This document shows, in pieces, positions 23,119 through 37,200 of a DNA stretch of 64,000 nt (position 1 is its first letter; the number at the start of each line of letters is the position of its first letter). Both the position numbers and the translations under genes were made by a program. The notes under the pieces were generated by a model. That model ran no database searches, was not told the DNA's origin, and saw only the letters and a list, made by a program, of their open reading frames with translations. Source of the stretch: Tubiluchus corallicola (taxonomy: Eukaryota > Animalia > Priapulida); the NCBI GenBank assembly GCA_030141605.1, contig JAQGDQ010000195.1, positions 344,616-408,615 of the forward strand. The letters run 5' to 3'.

Positions 23119-26100
23119 GCTGCTGCTGTTGTTGCTGTTGTCATTGTCATTGTTGCTGCTGCTGTTGCTGTTGTTGTTGTTGTTGCTGTTGTTGTTGTTG
23201 TTGTTGTTGTTGTTACATTTATTTTTGAAAGCTATCATAGGTTACAGTTTCTTTGAAGTAAGCTAAAATTTTGCCAGAAGATACCATGGATTCCTAACAC
23301 AACCTTCAACTATATACATTAAATGAATCAAGTCTGTTACGTTGATCTGCTCTATATAACGCTACTTCTTAGGGTTTCTTACATTCTAAAATATGAATGG
23401 ATCTACCTCATGATTACCCCATGACGCGTATTCTAAATTTTCATGAAAACCGGATTTACGACAATGGTAAACACCTCCAGAGATTTTCTTGTTGACATGT
23501 TTAACTTTGTGAGAAATGAGCAAAAAGTACAAACTCGATGCAAGCGCATTAGAGCTTCAATTCTAGTTTATTGTAACGGTGTGTAGAAAGCTATGCAGTC
23601 TTCTAGCTAGAGATGAGTGAACAGCATGTAGAATTCGGATTAAAACGTTATGCAAAGGTTTTCTGAACTAAAGTTGTTAATAATTTTGTTTGCATTCTAG
23701 GGTATTTTTGAGCAAAATTTGGCAATCCGGATTCTTAACTATTACCGATTCAATAAAAAAACTGGATATATTTTGTTTCAAGTGAATTTCTGATTTGACG
23801 TGAAATGAGGCTAATTCAAATTATCCTATTAGTTTAAATAGATGTAACTGGTTCCTCAACTAGAATGCCAGATGGCCTATTTGGAGCAAACAATGAAAAA
23901 ACATATATTCACAATACACAAGCACAAAACACGCTCACACCATATACTAAAAATATGTTTGTTTTTATGTCAGGGACAAATAAAATTGATTTGATTCGAC
24001 TTACCAGATGATGAATTACTAGACAGATCACTGCCTCCTTCTTCCAGTCTTCTCTTCCCTTCGGCTTTCACCGACTCGAGGTAAGCGTCGTGTTCTTCAC
24101 CTTCATCAGAATCAATCATATCATCTAGCACGTCAACGTTCTTTGTGTCCTGAAACGTGACATTGTGATGTTAAACGATACAAATTTGGCGATACGATAA
24201 TGATACGATACGATACGATAATGATATGATATGATATGATACAATACGATACGATAACGATAACGATAATTCACTTTTTAGACGATACAATGCAATATGA
24301 TACGATAAATTATTTCGAGCGACAAAAACGATACTGAGGTTAGAAAATTTATGCAACAACAGAAAAAGCATCTCTAATAATTAAACCATTTATGTAACCA
24401 TTACGTGACTACGATGACATTTTCTGCTTCGTTGTTATAATGATTCATAAATAAGTAAGCTACGATAGATACATAGACTACTATGATATAAAGATTTATC
24501 TATGCGAGCTGCACAATTACACATGTCCGAGACGATGACACCAAAAATACAGTACGTTGTATACGGCATTGGCCAGTCTGTATGATTCAGAATCAAAATA
24601 AAGATAGCCGCTATTGCTAAGCGAAAGAGCAACTGCATGTGTCTGACAAGCTTATAAATTTAAATAAGTCTTTTTATCCGCTGTTTTCCTTAATTCCTGC
24701 AATTAAATTGAAAAGCAAAGTGAAGAGATTTTATACAGGTAAGCAATTAGCAACTGAGAGCAATATTGATACGATAATGATAAAAGCAAATTCTTCGTAT
24801 CGATACGATATTCGATAATTATCAATACAAAGCTTCCAATATTTAATTTTAAGACAATGTACTCCGATTAAACTATTGCTGTCATTTATTTAACAAGCCA
24901 GCATGTAAAATCCACAAGAAAATGGCAGTAACCTTTAAGTGTCATTTAGGACTATTAATATGATAGTTTATTCAATAAAAATTGCAGCAAAAGCTGGATT
25001 TATACATGACTCTTAGGTTACAGTGTGGAGTGGATCTCGGGTTGCAGTGTGGAGTGGATCTCAGGTTGCAGTGTGGAGTGCATCTCGGCTTGCAGTGTGG
25101 AGTGGATCTCAGGTTGTAGGGAGTGGATCTGAGGTTGCAGTGTGGAGTGGATCTCGGCTTGCAGTGTGGAGTGGATCTCAGGTTGCAGTGTGTAGTGGAT
25201 CTCGACTTGCAGTGTGGAGTGGATCTCAGGTTGCAGTGTGTAGTGGATCTCGACTTGCTGTGTGGGGTGGATCTCGGCTTGCAGTGTGGAGTGGATCTCA
25301 GGATGCAGTGTGGAGTGGATCTCGAGTGGATCTCGGCTTGCAGTATAGAGTGGATCTCGGCTTGCAGTGTGGAGTGGATCTCAGGTTGCAGCGTGGAGTG
25401 GATCTCGGCTTGCAGTGTGGAGTGGATCACAGCTTGCAGTGTGGAGTGGATCTTGGCGTGCTGTGTAGAGTGGATCTCGGCTTGCAGTGTGGAGTGGATC
25501 TCGGCTTGCAGTGTGGAGTGGATCTTGGTGTGCTGTGTAGAGTGGATCTCGGCTTGCAGTGTGGAGTGGATCTCGGCTTGCAGTGTGGAGTGGATCTCAA
25601 GTTGCGGCGTGGAGTTGTATAAAAGAAGTTACATCACGAATGTTGTCAGATAAAATGACTTAATCAAACACACATTAACAATAACACTATTTAAACTACT
25701 TAAATACAAGTTAAATGAAAAAGTGAAAGAAATATTACATACGAGTTTATCTCCGCGGTTTTTGATACGAAGCTTCTTGTTCTTCACAAAATCAAAGAAC
25801 TTCGTGTATTCTTCCCTGAAAGAAAAGCAAGTGGACAAACGTGTCTTATAAAAATCTACATGAAAAACAAGAACTAGAACAACAGATGAAAGCTGTGCAT
25901 GCAAAGTTGCAGAACACAAATTTTGTAATAGAAAATGACATTTTTTCTAACAGATCTCTCGGGGGACAGCAGTTTCTTTCTATGTGCATAGAAAGTTTGT
26001 ACAAAAAAGCCTACTTGGAGAGGAAGAAAGGGAGTTTTTAAGGTATGTTTCAAAAAATTTCCATAGAAAGTTATATTACCTAGAATTACTCTTAGGCTTT

Positions 26101-28080
26101 TGAAAGACTTAAGCAATTAGAAAAGAAAATTATTAATCATTTAAAATATTCGCACCACCTGGTAAAACAGTTCTGCATCGCCATCTTAGCGTACACCACT
26201 GATTCACCAAAAAACACATTATTGATCTTTCTGACAGGACAAAGTTATTTAAGCTTTTGCTCAGTTAGTGAAGAGTGTGCCATGAATGCGCTACGAATGC
26301 TGTGATTATTTTTTCAAACTTTATGCGATGTTATCTAAACTTGTTTCAAACAACTTGGCATCAAAATGGCTGCATCTAATGGTCAACGTGGGAGTTTAAA
26401 ATTACGTTTTATACAGCATTGCTGCCAAGGCAAGCTCTGCGCACAATAAGACAGCATGTAGGTGGTAAAAAATTTCAAGATGAATTTTTTGAGCTTTATT
26501 TAGAAAGAGTGTTTTCTTGTGCTTTATCTCGACAAAAACACAGGCTTCCTAAGCCGACACTTGTAGCATCTACTCCACTTTATATTAAATCAATACAAAA
26601 AAAGTAAGAATCTGACTCAAGTCCTAGTCTACTAACAGCCAGTTTTCCGCAAAACTCTCTTTCTTTTTAAAGGAAAACCAGACAATTGTGTAAACACGAG
26701 TTCAGAATAAAGAATGCTCTAAAATATTGAAAACTACAATTGGTTTTTTTAACTCAAAGCTTAGATTAAATAATAATTACCTCGGATACTGAAATTTTGT
26801 TAAACTTTCAAAGCTACGCGGCTCAGTGAATCTACTAAAATTGTCACATTCACGTGGCCGACAAATAGAAGGCGTTACCATGATAAGCAAGATCATGAAC
26901 TGCAGTGTTAGTTTCTGACGTCATATGATGTAGAGCCCATTTTTCGTGACATCATACGTTTAAACAGTACTGTAACACTTACGCAAATGTGCTTGATGCG
27001 CAAGGGAAGACGCCTGTCATTGCACAAACTGTGGTTAGTTTCTGACGTAAGCAATAGGTGTGTTCGGTTGCCGTTAATTAACTTTCTAACCTAATTAGTC
27101 GAATATAAGAAACAACTGCTAACTTTTATAGGCAAGAAAATGTATATTTTGCACAGTAAGTTAAAAAGAGATAGCATCTAAACAATCATCTGGTTTTCCT
27201 TTAAAATTTGTTGATGGCTGGGACCAAATACCCTTTTAAGGAGTGAGAAAGGGTATCTGTTGTTCAAAGAAATGTCTTGTCTAGTTTGCTTTAAAATAAT
27301 AGACGCATAAAGCATTTGTTGTAAATTTTAACAAAAGTGACACCAAATTTTTGCGGCATTTATTTTTTTTATTTTTGTTTTAAAACTTCCGTAAAAATCT
27401 AACGAAATGACCTAAATCTTTTTATGTTTATACATAAACAAATGTAATATGAGTGTTCAGTTGCCGCTAATTAACTTTCTAAGCTAATTATTCAATTATG
27501 AGACACAACTGCTAACTTTTATAGGCAAGAAAATGTATATTTTGGACAGAAAATTAAGTAGTTCATTAACAATTGATAACCACAATTTCACCTCTTCAGA
27601 ATAAACAGTTTGGCAAAGAATGAAAAGTAAACAAGAGTGTAACTTTCATTCAATTTTTAAAAAAGTGTAAATAGTAAAAATAGCATCATTTTCATCACAT
27701 ACTTGTCAATGCTGTTGAACGTGTACATTGATCCAGTCTTGGTCTCTATCTCGAAATCAAAACTACGGGTGCTGCCACCACTTCGAGCAAAATTCACGTA
27801 CGACACCTCGTCAAAGCGGACGTGAACCGGCGGTTTATGCACGTAGATGAATCCACGTTCCAGTGGATACAGGAGTCCAGCTGCTGCCTTGTACGAACAC
27901 GACACGGCGTGGGAACCGGTGTGGCTGTAAAAAGACAACAGTCAGTCGAGATTAACTTAAGGCAGTTGCTAAATGGCAGTCGAGTAAAAATTGTACAAAA
28001 CTCAGCTAGAATCACTCATGGTTTATTTTACATCATTTTTAAACAAAACTGCAGAACTTATAAAGCCTACAAGATTTCTG

Positions 28081-28111
<31 letters not shown>

Positions 28112-28218
28112 TGTTGTTGTTGTTGTTGTTGTTGTTGTTATTCTTATTGTTGTTGTTATTATTGTTATTGTTGTTGTTGCTGCTGCTGCTGTTGTTGTTG
28201 TTGTTGTTGTTCCTGTTG

Positions 28219-28249
<31 letters not shown>

Positions 28250-31200
28250 TGTTGTTGTTATGGTTACATTTATTTATTTTTGAAAGCTATCATAGGTTAC
28301 AGTTTCTTTGAAGTAGGCTAAAATTTTGCCAGAAGATACCATGGATTCCTAACACAACCTTCAACTACATCTATTAAATGAATCAAGTCTGTTACGTTGA
28401 TCTGCTCTATATAACGCTACTTGTTACGGTTTCTGACATTCTAAAATATGAATGGATCTACCTCATGATTACCCCATGACGCGTATTCTAAATTTTCATG
28501 AAAACCGGATCTACGACAATGGTAAACACCTCCAGAGATTTTCTTGTTGACATGTTTAACTTTGTGAGAAATGAGCAAAAAGTACAAACTCGATGCAAGC
28601 GCATTAGAGCTTCAATTCTAGTTTATTGTAACGGTGTGTAGAAAGCTATGCAATCTTCTAGCTAGAGATGGGTTATCGTCGTTACGTCTGTTACGTCTGT
28701 TATAAGTCTGTTACGTTGATCTGCTCTATATAATGCTACTTGTTAGGGTTTCTGACATTCTAAAATATGAATGGAGTTTCATACTCACTTACTACTCGTC
28801 TTATTTTACATCATTTTTAAACAAAACTGCAGAATTTATAAAAGCTTACACGATTTCTTTATACAGCACTTATAACAACGCCCATTCATATAAACACGAG
28901 AATCAACTTTCACTTATTAGCGCGCTGCCGCATTGGACAAAAGAATATCTGGTCAGCCTCTCCTCCTAGCAAGTTCCAAGTTTCAATCACACTCATATCG
29001 GGATTTTTCCCAGATATAATTAAACCTACTCAACCTTCCGGTCGTGCATTGGGAAAGGCATGTGATAATTGGCTAGCCACCTGTCTTCCAAGAGTGCCAA
29101 AGCTCCATAAATGGATGCCATGATCATGAATGTCCCACTAGGGAAATGAGATCTTTCTTCTTCCCATTAACAAGCGACCAAGGTGAGCAGGCCATTACTT
29201 CTGATAGTCCTTTCAACTGTAGCTATTACTTCTGATAGTCCTTTCAACTGTAGCCATTACTTCTGATAGTCCTTTCAACTGTAGCCATTACTTCTGATAG
29301 TCCTTTCAACTGTAGTCATTAGTTCTGATAGTCCTTTCAACTGTAGTCATTAGTTCTGATAGTCCTTTCAACTGTAGCCATTACTTCTGATAGTCCTTTC
29401 AACTGTAGCCATTACTTCTGATAGTTCTTTCAACTGTAGCCATTACTTCTGATAGTCCTTTCAACTGTAGCCATTACTTCTAACAGTCCTTTCAACTGTA
29501 GCCATTAGTTCTGATAGTCCTTTCAACTGTAGTCATTAGTTCTGATAGTCCTTTCAACTGTAGCCATTACTTCTATTAGTCCTTTCAACTGTAGCCATTA
29601 CTTCTGCTACTTCTTTCAACTGCAGCCATTACTTCTGATAGTCCTTTCAACTGTAGCCATTACTTCTGATAGTCCTTTCAACTGTAGCCATTACTTCTGA
29701 TAGTCCTTTCAACTGTAGCCATTAGTTCTGATAGTCCTTTCAACTGTAGTCATTAGTTCTGATAGTCCTTTCAACTATAGCCATTACTTCTGATAGTCCT
29801 TTCAACTGTAGTCATTAGTTCCGATAGTCCTTTACACTGTAGTCATTAGTTCTGATAGTCCTTTCAAAAATGAGTTTCGTCAATCAAATTAAATGATCAA
29901 AAGGTGCCATACCCCACAAAACTCCCCGGAACAGTAATTTTCCTTTGAACGAGAGCTTTCATAACACGACTAACTAACTCATACGTTGGTCCAGTCATCT
30001 CTTTTGATAATTTTCCTTCGTATTTCTCGGCAATTTCTTCCCTAAAAATAGGACAAAATGTTCAAATCAGAAATAGTCAGATTCGTCTTAAGCAGAATTC
30101 AACATACGAAATTAAAACAAAATCAAAAGAAATGTTTTCTACAAGTTTGAACAACGTTCCTAACCAATTATGAATCAGGATAATTATAATAAAGCGTTTA
30201 CTTTTGGGCAGCGGTGGCTCGTAGCTAAAATTAGTGGGGTGCTGCTTCAGAAAAGTTTTAGTCATTGTTTTAATACTGTGGAAAATGTAACATTCATATG
30301 TAATTTTAAAGTTGTAGTTATATTTGAAGATTGGGTGTTGAACGGGCCTCTTTTCTTAACTGCAATATTCTCATGGAGAGACAATTGTGAAAAATTAAGC
30401 TGTTGTAGTTCACTTACAGTCAGAGAACTTATTTCTTGGGGATGCAAGGCGTCCATTATTAAATAATTTATGTTTTATGCACACGCTAAGTTTACACTTT
30501 ATCATATCCAAGAATACGACACGGTAAGCACGTAGCAATTGTTACTGTGATACAGACAGTAGTTTTCTACCAAGCAGCAGACGCTAGCATACAGCGTGTT
30601 ATCTCAGACATGTGCACATGGCCGCATGCCCACAACAGCCAAACAGCGCTGTGAAGCAAATTGTACTTCCCTCACGAGCTCCGGTTCCGCACAAGTAAAA
30701 AAGAACTAAAGAAAAAAGACTTCTTACAATGAATATTATCAATAATAATGAGTGAAAAAGGGGGTGCTGCAATACCACAGTCATTATACACGAGCCACCA
30801 ATGCTTTTGTAGTCTACATAATTATCTTTTGTATTTTAAAGATAGTTCAACATTGGTTTCTTGTAAAAAGTCTAAGGGCCTATTTGCATGCATACGCTTC
30901 ATGTCATATTTATCAAAAAATTCTGAACACTTTTTATCAATATTCAAAGCCTAAAGAAATCATACAAACATTATTTATATATAAATCATGCTAAATGGCA
31001 TAAAATAATAAGGATTTCAGATGTTCTTGTGTCCCGTACATTAAACTAGCATTATAAACTGTTTTTATCGATAGAAAAATCGTTGTATTTCTACTATTAA
31101 AGTTTGTTATCAAAATTGAGACAAACATTTCGAAAACATTTTCAAAATTTTGCTAAAATCAATTATAAAATTCAAGAAAACGTATAAGAACAATGTAAGA

Positions 31201-34200
31201 AATTACAACAGCGTAATCCCATGTTACATAAACTTACTCTGAGATGGATAATTCTAATGTTTCCTCGTCTTCACGGTTGAATTGTAAAATCATAAACTGA
31301 TAACGAGTCTGGCCCTGTTTGATTGGTGGATCCACACTCACCTGTAACCATAAACAAGCTTAACAAACTGTCTGAAGCTTCCTACACCTATGTTAACGAA
31401 AGAGAAACTGCTAGCTAAGTAAGTAAGATATGTAGGTGGTTTCAAGCAAGAAGAAAGAAATTAATCAGTAGAAACACGAGTAAAACCCATAAAACCTTTA
31501 ATGTATATGAATTAAGCAACATTGATTTTTGTCTCTGAGACATATCTCAATTCCTTTACATTACTTTCTATGGACGTTTTGGTTTCGTTTAACGACGTGT
31601 CGCCTAATGTCGTATTTTGCTGGACCGTATTAGCGTCATGAAGTGAAGACTTACTGTATAAGCCATTGTATGATTGTTCTAATCTGTTTTAACAAACTTA
31701 ACAAATTGTCTGAGTCACAAGCAACGATTGTTCTGATCTGTTTTAACAAACTTAACAAATTGTTTGAGTCACAAGCAACGATTGTTTTGATCTGTTGTAA
31801 CAAGCTTAACAAATTGTCTGAGTCACAAGCAACGATTGTTCGTTCTGATCTGTTTTAACGAACTTAACAAATTGTCTGAGTCACAAGCAACGATTGTTCT
31901 GATCTGTTTTAACAAACTTAACAAATTGTCTGAGTCACAAGCAACGATTGTTCTGATCTGTTTTAACAAACTTTAACAAATTGTCTGAGTCACAAGCAAC
32001 GATTGTTCGTTCTGATCTGTTTTAACGAACTTAACAAATTGTCTGAGTCACAAGCAACGAATGTTCTGATCTGTTTTAGCACATCTATCTCATGTAATTA
32101 AAGGAAACAAAATTATAACAAATGACTACAGTCATTTGAAACTTGGTGGTAGAAATTTAGACATAAGAAATTAAGTAGACGATTTAAAATTCGAATTCTT
32201 CAAACAATAAAACATAGGATAAAAGCCCGCAAATAGCAATGAAAATTACACATTATTATAAACCATAGTGTATTATTAATGATCACATGTAGGTACATAG
32301 AACCACATACATTAGGCCAATCATTACTGCAAATCGAATAATTACTTACTACAAAGAACATTGACCGCTGGTCTTTATGGGGTAACAAAAAGAGTCGCAG
32401 GACGGTGGACAATGGAATCTTGTAATCGAAAGTCTTTCCGTGAAGCTGGAGAAACGTCGGGAACATCTTGATGTCATACCGACCCCTAGAAGATGAAAAA
32501 TGCTAATATGTTACAGCAAAATTCGGAAAGTCCAGTTGTCATTAATGTTTCTTGTGTCAAAATTAGCGTTAATTTGATGCTTTTTCTGTAAATTGTCATT
32601 GTAAACTTGCATGTTGATGGTAAATCTAGCAACAAATTCTAATTCTAATTCTACCAACATGAGCTAAAAGTACACTTCAAACTGAATCACAAAAAACTCG
32701 TCGATTGCATTCCAATTTGGTTTCTGCAAACTGTTACAGTGCACTCATGGAAACACTTATGCAATTATGCTTAAAATACAAACGAAGAAGCAGATATACA
32801 AGCGTGATGGTTATCTACCAGCCGCCTTCGTGTATTTACTAGCTCGTACTCAACATGTCTGAGCTGAAGCACGAGTTCCCACGTATTTACTTGCTCGTAC
32901 TCAACATGTCTGAGCTGAAGCATGAGTTCTCATGTATTTACTAGCTCGTACTCAACATGTCTGAGCTGAAGTACGAGTTCCCACGTATTTACTTGCTCGT
33001 ACTCAACGTGTTTGAGCTGAAGCACGAGTTTTCATGTATTTACTCGCTCGTACTCAACATGTTTGAGCTGAAGCACGAGTTCCCACGTATTTACTTGCTC
33101 GTACTCAACATGTCTGAGCTGAAGCACGAGTTCCCACGTATTTACTTGCTCGTACTCAACATGTTTGAGCTGAAGCACGAGTTCCCACGTATTTACTTGC
33201 TCGTACTCAACATGTTTGAGCGGAAGCACGAGTTCTCGTGCATTTACTTGCTCGTACTCAACATGTCTGAGCTGAAGCACGAGTTCCCACGTATTTACTT
33301 GCTCGTACTCAACATGTCTGAGCTGAAGCACGAGTTCCCACGTATTTACTTGCTCGTACTCAACATGTTTGAGCTGAAGCACGAGTTCCCACGTATTTAC
33401 TTGCTCGTACTCAACATGTTTGAGCGGAAGCACGAGTTCTCATGCATTTACTTGCTCGTACTCAACATGTCTGAGCTGAAGCACGAGTTCCCATGTATTT
33501 ACTTGCTCGTACTCAACATGTGTGAGCTGAAGCACGAGTTCCCACGTATTTACTTGCTCGTACTCAACATGTTTGAGCTGAAGCACGAGTTCCCACGTAT
33601 TTACTTGCTCGTACTCAACATGTTTGAGCGGAAGCACGAGTTCTCATGCATTTACTTGCTCGTACTCAACATGTCTGAGCTGAAGCACGAGTTCCCACGT
33701 ATTTAACTGCTCGTACTCAACATGTTTGAGCTGAAGTACGAGTTCCCACATATTTACTTGCTCGTACTCAACGTGTTCGAGCTGAAGTACGAGTGCCCAC
33801 GTATTTACTTGCTCGTACTCAACATGTTTGAGCTGAAGCACGAGTTCCCACGTATTTACTTGCTCGTACTCAACATGTCTGAGCTGAAGCATGAGTTTCC
33901 ATGTATTTACTTGCTCGTACTCAACATGTTTGAGCTGAAGCACGAGTTCCCATGTATTTACTTGCTCGTACTCAACATGTTTGAGCTGAAGCACGAGTTC
34001 CCATGTATTTACTTGCTCGTACTCAACATGTTTGAGCTGAAGCACGAGTTCCCATGTATTTACTTGCTCGTACTCAACATGTCTGAGCTGAAGCACGAGT
34101 TCCCACGTATTTACTCGCTCGTACTCAACATTTTTGAGCTGAAGCACGAGTTCCCACGTATTTACTCGCTCGTACTCAACATGTTTGAGCTGAAGCACGA

Positions 34201-37200
34201 GTTCCCACGTATTTACTCGCTCGTACTCAACATGTTTGAGCTGAAGCATGAGTTCTCATGTATTTACTAGCTCGTACTCAACATGTCTGAGCTGAAGCAC
34301 GAGTTCCCACGTATTTACTTGCTCGTACTCAACATGTTTGAGCTGAAGCACGAGTTTTCATGTATTTACTCGCTCGTACTCAACATGTTTGAGCTGAAGC
34401 ACGAGTTCCCACGTATTTACTTGCTCGTACTCAACATGTCTGAGCTGAAGCACGAGTTCCCACGTATTTACTTGCTCGTACTCAACATGTTTGAGCTGAA
34501 GCACGAGTTCCCATGTATTTACTTGCTCGTACTCAACATGTTTGAGCTGAAGCACGAGTTCTCATGTATTTACTTGCTCGTACTCAACATGTTTGAGCTG
34601 AAGCACGAGTTCCCACGTATTTACTCGCTCGTACTCAACATGTCTGAGCTGAAGCACGAGTTCCCACGTATTTACTCGCTCGTACTCAACATGTTTGAGC
34701 TGAAGCACGAGTTCCCACGTATTTACTTGCTCGTACTCAACATGTTTGAGCTGAAGCACGAGTTCCCATGTATTTACTTGCTCGTACTCAACATGTTTGA
34801 GCTGAAGCACGAGTTCCCATGTATTTACTTGCTCGTACTCAACATGTTTGAGCTGAAGCACGAGTTCCCACGTATTTACTCGCTCGTACTCAACATGTTT
34901 GAGCTGAAGCACGAGTTCCCACGTATTTACTTGCTCGTACTCAACATGTTTGAGCTGAAGCACGAGTTTTCATGTATTTACTTGCTCGTACTCAACATGT
35001 CTGAGCTGAAGCACGAGTTCCCACGTATTTACTGCTCGTACTCAACATGTTTGAGCTGAAGCACGAGTTACCACGTATTTACTCGCTCGTACTCAACATG
35101 TTTGAGCTGAAGCACGAGTTCCCACGTATTTACTTGCTCGTACTCAACATGTTTGAGCTGAAGCACGAGTTCCCACGTATTTACTCGCTCGTACTCAACA
35201 TGTCTGAGCTGAAGCATGAGTTTCCACGTATTTACTCGCTCGTACTCAACATGTTTGAGCTGAAGCACGAGTTCCCACGTATTTACTCGCTCGTACTCAA
35301 CATGTTTGAGCTGAAGCACGAGTTTCCATGTATTTACTTGCTCGTACTCAACATGTTTGAGCTGAAGCACGAGTTCTCATGTATTTACTTGATCGTACTC
35401 AACATGCTTGAGCTGAAGCATGAGTTTCCACGTATTTACTCGCTCGTACTCAACATTTTGAGCTGAAGCACGAGTTCCACCAACATGTTTGAGCTGAAGC
35501 AGAGTTCCCACGTATTTACTTGCTCGTACTCAACATGTTTGAGCTGAAGCACGAGTTCCCACGTATTTACTTGCTCGTACTCAACATGTTTGAGCTGAAG
35601 CACGAGTTCCCATGTATTTACTTGCTCGTACTCAACATGTTTGAGCTGAAGCACGAGTTCCCACGTATTTACTTGCTCGTACTCAACATGTCTGAGCTGA
35701 AGCACGAGTTTCCACGTATTTACTTGCTCGTACTCAACATGTTTGAGCTGAAGCACGAGTTCCCATGTATTTACTTGCTCGTACTCAACATGTTTGAGCT
35801 GAAGCACGAGTTCCCACGTATTTACTTGCTCGTACTCAACATGTTTGAGCTGAAGCACGAGTTCCCATGTATTTACTCGCTCGTACTCAACATATCTGAG
35901 CTGAAGCACGAGTTCCCACATATTTACTCGCTCATACTCAACATGTCTGAGCTGAAGCACGAGTTCCCACGTATTTACTCGCTCGTACTCAACATGTTTG
36001 AGCTGAAGCACGAGTTCCCACGTATTTACTCGCTCGTACTCAACATGTTTGAGCTGAAGCACGAGTTCCCACGTATTTACTCGCTCGTACTCAACATGTT
36101 TGAGCTGAAGCACGAGTTCCCACGTATTTACTTGCTCGTACTCAACATGTTTGAGCTGAAGCACGAGTTCTCACGTATTTACTTGCTCGTACTCAACATG
36201 TCTGAGCTGAAGCACGAGTTCCCACGTATTTACTCGCTCGTACTCAACATGTTTGAGCTGAAGCATGAGTTTCCACATATTTACTCGCTCGTACTCAACA
36301 TGTTTGAGGTGAAGCACGAGTTCTCATGTATTTACTTGCTCGTACTCAACATGCTTGAGCTGAAGCACGAGTTCCCACGTATTTACTCGCTCGTACTCAA
36401 CATGTTTGAGCTGAAGCACGAGTTCCCACGTATTTACTCGCTCGTACTCAACATGTCTGAGCTGAAGCACGAGTTTCCATGTATTTACTTGCTCGTACTC
36501 AACATGTTTGAGCTGAAGCACGAGTTCCCACGTATTTACTTGCTCGTACTCAACATGTTTGAGCTGAAGCACGAGTTCCCACGTATTTACTTGCTCGTAC
36601 TCAACATGTCTGAGCTGAAGCACGAGTTCCCATGTATTTACTCGCTCGTACTCAACATGTTTGAGCTGAAGCACGAGTTCCCATGTATTTACTTGCTCGT
36701 ACTCAACATGTTTGAGCTGAAGCACGAGTTCCCACGTATTTACTGCTCGTACTCAACATGTCTGAGCTGAAGCACGAGTTCCCACGTATTTACTGCTCGT
36801 ACTCAACATGTTTGAGCTGAAGCACGAGTTCCCATGTATTTACTCGCTCGTACTCAACATGTTTGAGCTGAAGCACGAGTTCCCATGTATTTACTTGCTC
36901 GTACTCAACATGTTTGAGCTGAAGCACGAGTTCCCACGTATTTACTGCTCGTACTCAACATGTCTGAGCTGAAGCATGAGTTCCCACGTATTTACTGCTC
37001 GTACTCAACATGTTTGAGCTGAAGCACGAGTTCCCACGTATTTACTCGCTCGTACTCAACATGTTTGAGCTGAAGCACAAGTTCCCACGTATTTACTGCT
37101 CGTACTCAACATGTTTGAGCTGAAGCACGAGTTCCCATGTATTTACTTGCTCGTACTCAACATGTTTGAGCTGAAGCACGAGTTCCCATGTATTTACTTG

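Noticed and set aside
24972-25653. ORFs of 150-200 aa with 8-aa periodicity
   Set aside because: 24-bp minisatellite in SSRP1 intron 10.
28925-29165. Possible tRNA-derived SINE
   Set aside because: Only a weak box-B-like gtttcaatc; no TSD or second copy in the window.
29191-29867. ctgatagtcc resembling the hammerhead start CUGAUGAGUCC
   Set aside because: The core lacks G8, and there is no GAAA or closing stems.
32957-36770. Long ORFs of repeated [17 protein letters not shown] / [17 protein letters not shown], superficially LRR-like
   Set aside because: Product of a 51-bp (17-codon) intronic satellite; frames are broken by 1-bp indels and stops, and there are no unique flanking domains.
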